NCBI GenBank assembly: GCA_964016885.1
Contig: OZ024741.1
Location: forward strand, 132,742,001-132,806,000
Source of the DNA: Eledone cirrhosa
Lineage: Eukaryota
Direction: 5' to 3'
Length of the DNA: 64,000 nt
The position numbers and the translations under genes were made by a program. The first letter of the stretch is position 1; every line of letters starts with the position of its first letter. The notes beneath the pieces were generated by a model. It ran no database searches. It saw nothing but the letters and a program-made list of their open reading frames with translations, and was not told the DNA's origin. Of this stretch, positions 55,836 through 64,000 are shown piece by piece.

Positions 55836-55862
55836 CATATACATATATATATATATATATAT

Positions 55863-56479
55863 AGGCTACGTTGGTATGGACACGTGATGCGCATGAAAGT
55901 CGATAGCTGTATAACAAAGTGCAGGGCAATAAAGATAGACGGTAGTCACGGAATAGGCAGACCTAGAAAAACCTGGGACGAGCTGATAAACTCCGACATC
56001 ACACACTTACACCTCTCCAAGACAATGTCACTGGACCGAGACCTTTGGCGGTACTCAGTAACAGAGAAGACCCGCCTTACCTAAATATATAGTAAAACCT
56101 ACTCCAGCCAGTAGGCATCTCTAACAAATACACCCCGTCCCACCACCCCCACCCGATCCACACCACCCCGTTCTATGTAAAGTTATGTTGGTGCCGCGCC
56201 ATCGAGGCCGAAACAAATGAGATCGTGTAGGTGTCACGACAAAAAAACACACAGTCCACGCTGTAATGTGGCCGTGTAGGCAACACGGTAAAAACCTCCC
56301 AGACCCACACTGTAAATGTGGTTGGTGTTAGGAAGGGCATCCAACTGTAGAAAACCTGCCAGACAGTCCTATGCGAGCAAGACAATCACTCTTGCCTCAA
56401 GTGGGACTACCCCCGTCCAAACCCATGCAAGCGTGGAACACGGACGTTAAACGTTGATGATGATGATGATGATGATGAT
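55863..56479 (+). mobile_element. 5'-truncated RTE copy (3' ~615 bp)
   Basis: Reverse complement of 60088-60700 with only one difference seen by eye; (GAT)n tail; TA tracts on both sides. Confidence 0.95.
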
Positions 56480-56538
56480 ATATACATATATATATATACA
56501 TATATATATACATATATATATATATACATATACATATA

Positions 56539-56608
<70 letters not shown>

Positions 56609-56681
56609 CATATATATATATACATATATATATACATATATACATATATATATATATACATATATATATACATATATATAT

Positions 56682-56740
<59 letters not shown>

Positions 56741-56797
56741 CATATATATATACATATATATACACATATATACATATATACATATATATATACATAC

Positions 56798-56882
<85 letters not shown>

Positions 56883-56906
56883 CATATACATATATATATA
56901 TACATA

Positions 56907-56954
<48 letters not shown>

Positions 56955-57010
56955 ACATATATATAAACATATATAAACATATATATAAACATATATAAAC
57001 ATATATAAAC

Positions 57011-57121
<111 letters not shown>

Positions 57122-57144
57122 CATATATAAACATATATATAAAC

Positions 57145-57223
<79 letters not shown>

Positions 57224-57224
57224 C

Positions 57225-57375
<151 letters not shown>

Positions 57376-57423
57376 CATATCCCAAAGTGTTCTTTTCATT
57401 TGCAAAAAAACACAAAATCACTG

Positions 57424-57463
<40 letters not shown>

Positions 57464-57541
57464 TATATAACATATATATAAACATATATAAACATATATA
57501 TAAACATATATAAACATATATATATATACATATATATATAC

Positions 57542-57665
<124 letters not shown>

Positions 57666-57730
57666 CATATATATAAACATATATAACATATATATAAACA
57701 TATATAACATATATATAAACATATATAAAC

Positions 57731-57967
<237 letters not shown>

Positions 57968-57972
57968 CATAT

Positions 57973-59862
57973 CCCAAAGTGTTCTTTTCATTTGCAAAAA
58001 AACACAAAATCACTGGCTCTACTGTTGGCCCTCTAATTGATGAAAATGGCACTCTTCAAGACAATGCTAAAACCATGGGTGAGATACTGCAGAAACAATA
58101 CTGCTCTGTTTTCAGCAATCCTGATATGGCCGATCTGGGCTGTATCGGCGATGTTACTCCCCATTACACCTTATCGGACATAACGTTTGGCGCCCCTGAT
58201 GTCTTGGCGGCAATAAAGGAAATCAAGCATAATTCAGCAGTAGGTCCCGATAGGTTCCCTGCTTGTGTCTTGAAGGCGTGTCAACACCAACTTGCTTCTC
58301 CTCTTGCCAATCTGTGGCGGAACTCACTGGATGCTGGATATGTGCCAGAAAACCTTCTATCCCAGTCTGTTGTCCCAGTTTTCAAAAAGGGAAACAAATC
58401 CCTTGCCGTGAATTACCGTCCAATCTCACTCACCTCTCATATCATTAAGGTATTTGAGCGAGTGGTGAGATCGCGAATGACCCACTTCCTTGAGAGTAAC
58501 AATATGCTGAACTCCAACCAGCATGGATTCCGTAATGGAAGGGATTGCCTGACGCAACTACTGCATCACTTTGATGACATTTTGAGAGCCTTGGGAGAGG
58601 GTTCCAACACTGATGTTATCTACCTTGATTTCAGCAAGGCCTTTGACAGGGTTGATCATAACATTCTACTGAGAAAGCTGTCCAATATTGGTGTCACTGG
58701 AAAGCTGCTGCAGTGGATCAAGAGCTTCCTGTCAAACAGAACCCAACATGTTGTAGTTGAGGGAGTCAAATCAAGCCCAGCCAAAGTCAGTAGTGGAGTC
58801 CCACAAGGCACTGTGTTGGGCCCACTTCTCTTCATCATCTATATTAATGACATCACTGACATCATCAAACACAGCAACATTAAAATTTTCGCTGATGATT
58901 CCAAGCTCCAAAAGGTCATCAATGGCGTGGATGACCGGATAAGCCTTCAGTCAGACCTACTGGCTGTTACCCAATGGGCAGAAAAGAACAACATGTTACT
59001 GAACGAAGACAAATTCGAACTGATCCACTTTGGAAAAGAGGATGCTCTGAAACTCCCGTACTCCCTTCCCTCCGGGGAAACTCTCGTGGCATCTAACAAC
59101 ATCAGAGACTTGGGAGTAACCGTGGACAGCAACATAAGCTGGACCACGCATATAAGCAGCAAAGTTGACATGGCCCGCAGAATGTGTTCCTGGATCCTCA
59201 GAACCTTCCAGTCGAGAGATTCCCGCACCATTATCCTTCTCTTCTCTACTTTCGCCCGACCACACCTTGAATACTGTTGTCCACTGTGGTCTCCCCACAC
59301 GAAACAAAGTATCATGAAACTTGAAGCTCCTCAAAGGGCAATCACGAAAAAGATAGATGGCATGTCAGACCTTGACTACTGGGGTCGATTGGAAAACCTG
59401 AAACTTTACTCACTCCAACGTCGCCGTGAGCGTTATATTATCTGCATGATGTGGAAAATGTTCCATCATCACTGCCCAAATGATGTTGGCATCGCCTTCA
59501 AGATACACCCAAGGCTTGGGCCCCGTGCTATCCGTCCCATTCAAAAATCTAAATCGCAACTCATAACAACAATACGGCACAATTATTTCACCTCAATCGG
59601 CCCTGCTCTCTTCAACATCACACCAGGACACGTCAAAACAGAAACTGACCACACAAAATTCAAGAAGTCTTTGGACAAATTCCTCCAAGTAATCCCGGAC
59701 AAACCACCCACACCCGGATATGTCTCCGCAAACAGTAATTCTCTTCTCGAATGGGCCATGGTGCCCAAATCCTGAATTGAAAGACTTCGCCAGGTGGTGC
59801 TATTAAGTTAGACATGGCCTGGGCCAATACTGGCCAAAACATTTCAAAGTTATTCAAAGTTA
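57973..59862 (+). mobile_element. 5'-truncated young CR1-group (Jockey superclade) LINE
   Basis: Uninterrupted RT frame, short 3' UTR ending in (TTCAAAGTTA)x2, flanked by TA tracts; no endonuclease domain left. Confidence 0.88.
57979..59775 (+). CDS. Partial LINE ORF2 (reverse transcriptase and C-terminus, 598 codons, no native start)
   Basis: [51 protein letters not shown] motifs. Confidence 0.88.
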   Translation: MFFSFAKKHKITGSTVGPLIDENGTLQDNAKTMGEILQKQYCSVFSNPDMADLGCIGDVTPHYTLSDITFGAPDVLAAIKEIKHNSAVGPDRFPACVLKACQHQLASPLANLWRNSLDAGYVPENLLSQSVVPVFKKGNKSLAVNYRPISLTSHIIKVFERVVRSRMTHFLESNNMLNSNQHGFRNGRDCLTQLLHHFDDILRALGEGSNTDVIYLDFSKAFDRVDHNILLRKLSNIGVTGKLLQWIKSFLSNRTQHVVVEGVKSSPAKVSSGVPQGTVLGPLLFIIYINDITDIIKHSNIKIFADDSKLQKVINGVDDRISLQSDLLAVTQWAEKNNMLLNEDKFELIHFGKEDALKLPYSLPSGETLVASNNIRDLGVTVDSNISWTTHISSKVDMARRMCSWILRTFQSRDSRTIILLFSTFARPHLEYCCPLWSPHTKQSIMKLEAPQRAITKKIDGMSDLDYWGRLENLKLYSLQRRRERYIICMMWKMFHHHCPNDVGIAFKIHPRLGPRAIRPIQKSKSQLITTIRHNYFTSIGPALFNITPGHVKTETDHTKFKKSLDKFLQVIPDKPPTPGYVSANSNSLLEWAMVPKS

Positions 59863-59865
59863 TAC

Positions 59866-59936
<71 letters not shown>

Positions 59937-60008
59937 CATATATATACATATACATATATATACATATATATATATATATACATATATATACATATCTATA
60001 TATACATA

Positions 60009-60042
<34 letters not shown>

Positions 60043-60058
60043 CATATATATACATATC

Positions 60059-60087
<29 letters not shown>

Positions 60088-60089
<2 letters not shown>

Positions 60090-63000
60090 CATCATCATCA
60101 TCATCATCAGCGTTTAACGTCCGTGTTCCACGCTTGCATGGGTTTGGACGGGGGTAGTCCCACTTGAGGCAAGAGTGATTGTCTTGCTCGCATAGGACTG
60201 TCTGGCAGGTTTTCTACAGTTGGATGCCCTTCCTAACACCAACCACATTTACAGTGTGGGTCTGGGAGGTTTTTACCGTGTTGCCTACACGGCCACATTA
60301 CAGCGTGGACTGTGTGTTTTTTTGTCGTGACACCTACACGATCTCATTTGTTTCGGCCTCGATGGCGCGGCACCAACATAACTTTACATAGAACGGGGTG
60401 GTGTGGATCGGGTGGGGGTGGTGGGACGGGGTGTATTTGTTAGAGATGCCTACTGGCTGGAGTAGGTTTTACTATATATTTAGGTAAGGCGGGTCTTCTC
60501 TGTTACTGAGTACCGCCAAAGGTCTCGGTCCAGTGACATTGTCTTGGAGAGGTGTAAGTGTGTGATGTCGGAGTTTATCAGCTCGTCCCAGGTTTTTCTA
60601 GGTCTGCCTATTCCGTGACTACCGTCTATCTTTATTGCCCTGCACTTTGTTATACAGCTATCGACTTTCATGCGCATCACGTGTCCATACCAACGTAGCC
60701 TTCTCTCGAGTAAACAACATCTGATCCCTCTTATCTCTAATTTATTCCTTAGTTCGTTTATGCTTTGCCGTTCACGTATATTACTGTTACACATCCAGCG
60801 GAGCATGCAAGCTTCGTTCCTCTCTAGTCTGCGTATATCCTCTGCACACAATGCCCAGGTCTCACTGCCATGCAGCATTGCTGTTCGTATGCAGGCATCG
60901 TACAACCTGCCTTTCATTTTTAGTGAGAACCCTTTAGCAGCTAATAGTGGTATAAGCTCTCTGAACTTTTTCCAACCAGTTCTGACTCTAGCTACAGTAC
61001 TTTCAGAGCACCCTCCCCCACTGCTGATTTTATCGCCCAGGTAACGGAAGCTGTCCACTATTTCTATAGAACCCTCTGCGCAATTGAAAGAGCTAGTAGT
61101 TTGTGGGCACTTGCTGCTACTTATTGCACCAGAGCACCGGCCACATGTAAAATCTATGTTCTTAGTTAGCCTACCTGTGATCCCACTACATCTTTTATGC
61201 ACCCATACTTTGCATTTAGGACATAAAATGGAGTTTCTACCTACGCCTTTCCTACACACCGAGCACGACCATTTCCCAGAAGGGACCGCCGCCTTGTTTT
61301 CTTTCCTACAAACTAGTACTTTGGTCTTAGCCAGGTTAATTTTAAGTCCTTTTGACTCTAGGCCGTGCTTCCATGTTTGGAATTTCTTCTCTAGCTCGGC
61401 CATTGATTCCGCTATGAGTGTCAGGTCGTCTGCGTATAGGAGTTCCCATGGGCAGCCTGTCTTGAACTCCTCTGTTATGGCCTGAAGGGCAATAATAAAT
61501 AGTAGTGGACTGAGAACAGAGCCCTGATGGACGCCGACTTTTACGCTAAACTCTTCACTATATTCGTTGTTAATTCTAACCTTGCTGACTGTTTCTTTAT
61601 ACATGGCTTGTATAGCCCTCACAAGCCATTCGTCAACGCCTAGTTTTCTAAGAGCCCACCAGATAATGGAGCGGGGGACTCTGTCGAAGGCTTTCTCCAA
61701 GTCGACAAAAGCTAAGTAGAGGGGTTTACCTTTAGCTAGGTACTTCTCTTGTAGTTGTCGTACTATGAAAAGAGCGTCTGTGGTACTTTTGCCTGACACA
61801 AACCCGAACTGCATTTCATCTAGGTCAATTCTCTCTCTGATTAGCTGCGCTATTACTCTTTCCGTGACCTTCATGACCTGGTCGATTAATTTAATGCCTC
61901 TATAGTTACTCCTATCTAGGGCGTCTCCTTTACCCTTATAACAGTTAACGATGATGCTGCTATGCCAGTCCTTCGGAACAACCCCGTTTTGTACGACTTG
62001 GTTAACTATGCGGGTGACCATGGTGTGTCCCACCGTGCCAGATGCCTTCAGCATCTCAGCAACTATTTCCGAAGGCCCAGCCGCCTTACCAGTCTTCATA
62101 TCCTTGATTGCCTTACTTATTATACTCCCCTCGACTAACACTGCTGGTCCCTCTATTGGGTCGATATGGGGGAGACTGCCTTTCTCCCAATTATTCTCCT
62201 CATTTAGAAGCCTTTCATAGTGACACTTCCAAGCTACCTTCTTATCAGCGTCGGTGATGGCAAGTGTGCCATCGTCGTTTAGTACACACTTCTCCCCGAC
62301 AATATCACGGTTTTCCTTGACGCATTGCCTAGCAATCCTGAACACCTCACGTTTTTGGTCATCGCGTTGTAGAACATGCTTGAACTTTCTTTCCTCAGCT
62401 TCCCTTCTTGCTAAGTACACTTGTCTCCTAGCTTCCCTCCTGGCCACTTGATAGTCCTCTCTACTTCCCCCATCCCGCCATACTTTCCAAGCCTGCTTTT
62501 TGGCCTTAATTGACCCCTCCACCTTACTGTTCCACCACCATGTTACTCTCCTCCTGCCTACAGGCCTGCTCCAGCCACAGACCTCGTCTGTCGCCAACAG
62601 CAGGTTTGCTTTCAGAAATTCCCACTCTCCCTCTATATTGTCCGACTCTAAATGTTCTTCCTTACTGTCGAAAGCATCAAGTAATATGCTTTGAAATTTA
62701 TTCCTGGCTGTGGGGTCCTTTAACTTCCATATTTTCCTCCTGAGGATAGTCCTCTTCTGTTGTCGAGTACGTCTCGTCCTGACTATGAGGTCGCTAATTA
62801 TCAGTCTATGTTGGGAGGTGCATTCTTCATGGGGGAGGGATTTAGTGTTAACAACAGACACTCTGTCACGTCTTCTGGTAAGGATATAATCTACCTGGCT
62901 TGTGTGTTCCCCGGATCTATAGGTGATCAGGTGATTGTCACGTTTTTTGAAGTTAGTGTTACAGATAGTTAGGTTATTTGCATCACAGAATTCCAGGATT

Positions 63001-63636
63001 CTGGAGCCTTCCTCATTTCTAGTACCAAACCCATAGCCTCCATGGATTTCGTCGTAGCCGTCACAATGTTGTCCAACGTGACCATTTAGGTCGCCTGCGA
63101 TAATTATATAGTCACTGTCGGATATTTGGGAGGTAGTTAGCATCAGTGTCTCATAGAATCTGTCTTTTATAGTGCCGGGCAGTCCGGATTGGGGTGCGTA
63201 CGCAGATATTACTGTCACCGTAGTTCTATTGAGGACAAGTCGTATTTTAATTATTCTGTCGTTCACTCTATTTACGTCTATTATCTTATCTGCCCACTTT
63301 TCTGCTACCATGATTCCTACTCCACCCAGCCCATCGTCGTTTCCCACCCAGAAAAGCTTATAACAACGTTTTTTACCCTCAATGAACCTAGCAGACCCAC
63401 CCCTCCACCTGGTCTCTTGAATACAACAAACATCGACCTCCTTACGTTCAAGCATTTCTACAACCTCGTTAGCGCGACCCTTTAGGGTGCCTACATTTAT
63501 GGTACCAACTCTGAAGTTTTGGATTGCGTTTGGGGGTTGGGGGCGGTGAGGGGCGGGGGGCGATGGTGTTATGTTAGCCGTCCGCGGTCGAAACAATGAG
63601 GAGTGCTCGCATTCTCGTCCAAGGGGTGAATTTGTC
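60088..63636 (-). mobile_element. Near-full-length young RTE-clade LINE
   Basis: Single intact ORF (APE + RT), ~390 bp 3' UTR, (GAT)n tail; both ends abut (TA)n/(TACA) tracts. Confidence 0.95.
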
Positions 63637-63638
63637 AT
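60480..63638 (-). CDS. RTE ORF: AP endonuclease, reverse transcriptase and PHD-type zinc finger (1052 aa)
   Basis: APE motifs GTINV, IQETR, SAYAP, GDLN, VDYI, SQH. RT motifs [23 protein letters not shown] (61425-61436), FRYLG. RTE-type C-terminus [10 protein letters not shown]...GRPRKTW. The first 40 aa of the track ORF are microsatellite. Confidence 0.93.
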   Translation of the reverse strand: MTNSPLGRECEHSSLFRPRTANITPSPPAPHRPQPPNAIQNFRVGTINVGTLKGRANEVVEMLERKEVDVCCIQETRWRGGSARFIEGKKRCYKLFWVGNDDGLGGVGIMVAEKWADKIIDVNRVNDRIIKIRLVLNRTTVTVISAYAPQSGLPGTIKDRFYETLMLTTSQISDSDYIIIAGDLNGHVGQHCDGYDEIHGGYGFGTRNEEGSRILEFCDANNLTICNTNFKKRDNHLITYRSGEHTSQVDYILTRRRDRVSVVNTKSLPHEECTSQHRLIISDLIVRTRRTRQQKRTILRRKIWKLKDPTARNKFQSILLDAFDSKEEHLESDNIEGEWEFLKANLLLATDEVCGWSRPVGRRRVTWWWNSKVEGSIKAKKQAWKVWRDGGSREDYQVARREARRQVYLARREAEERKFKHVLQRDDQKREVFRIARQCVKENRDIVGEKCVLNDDGTLAITDADKKVAWKCHYERLLNEENNWEKGSLPHIDPIEGPAVLVEGSIISKAIKDMKTGKAAGPSEIVAEMLKASGTVGHTMVTRIVNQVVQNGVVPKDWHSSIIVNCYKGKGDALDRSNYRGIKLIDQVMKVTERVIAQLIRERIDLDEMQFGFVSGKSTTDALFIVRQLQEKYLAKGKPLYLAFVDLEKAFDRVPRSIIWWALRKLGVDEWLVRAIQAMYKETVSKVRINNEYSEEFSVKVGVHQGSVLSPLLFIIALQAITEEFKTGCPWELLYADDLTLIAESMAELEKKFQTWKHGLESKGLKINLAKTKVLVCRKENKAAVPSGKWSCSVCRKGVGRNSILCPKCKVWVHKRCSGITGRLTKNIDFTCGRCSGAISSSKCPQTTSSFNCAEGSIEIVDSFRYLGDKISSGGGCSESTVARVRTGWKKFRELIPLLAAKGFSLKMKGRLYDACIRTAMLHGSETWALCAEDIRRLERNEACMLRWMCNSNIRERQSINELRNKLEIRGIRCCLLERRLRWYGHVMRMKVDSCITKCRAIKIDGSHGIGRPRKTWDELINSDITHLHLSKTMSLDRDLWRYSVTEKTRLT

Positions 63639-63648
63639 ATATATATAC

Positions 63649-63679
<31 letters not shown>

Positions 63680-63708
63680 CATATATATATACATACATAT
63701 ATATATAC

Positions 63709-63755
<47 letters not shown>

Positions 63756-63800
63756 CATATCTATATATACATATATCTATATATACATATATATATATAC

Positions 63801-63879
<79 letters not shown>

Positions 63880-63924
63880 CATATATATATATACATATAT
63901 ATATATATACATATATATATATAC

Positions 63925-63989
<65 letters not shown>

Positions 63990-64000
63990 CATATATATAT

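Noticed and set aside
60179-60391. Recurring 70-aa [12 protein letters not shown]... (also at 51608, 54771, 56173)
   Set aside because: Antisense to the RTE 3' UTR, non-ATG start, recurs only because the copies are near-identical; altered by indels in older copies.

Overview
AT-rich, repeat-dense eukaryotic DNA. The repeat landscape (RTE LINEs with (GAT)n tails, tRNA-derived SINEs, very long (TA)n tracts) suggests a coleoid cephalopod such as octopus; this is inference only. The window lies inside one minus-strand gene, a phosphatase-and-actin-regulator (PHACTR) homologue. Five internal coding exons (48222-47812, 32547-32386, 30774-30291, 11462-11287, 6363-6207) splice in phase with GT-AG boundaries into about 460 codons that end in the first C-terminal RPEL motif; no 5' or 3' terminal exons were found in the window. 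The introns hold a ~17.4 kb 44-46 bp minisatellite ending ~30 nt from a splice acceptor, a 26 bp tandem array whose unit carries AP-1 and MEF2 consensus sites, a deleted mariner, a non-autonomous Helitron, piggyBac-type MITEs, SINEs and several long palindromes. From 48.9 to 64 kb there is a nest of very young LINEs (four RTE copies, one with an intact 1052-aa ORF, plus one CR1-group copy), all sitting in long (TA)n/(TACA) tracts. Top leads: (i) a TA-microsatellite-associated RTE whose ORF has a PHD finger inserted after the RT core, (ii) a possible second, spinophilin-like PP1-docking module in this PHACTR, (iii) the giant splice-site-adjacent satellite and its resemblance to the RTE 3' UTR module, (iv) the AP-1/MEF2 array. 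Most long ORFs in the supplied track are repeat artefacts.
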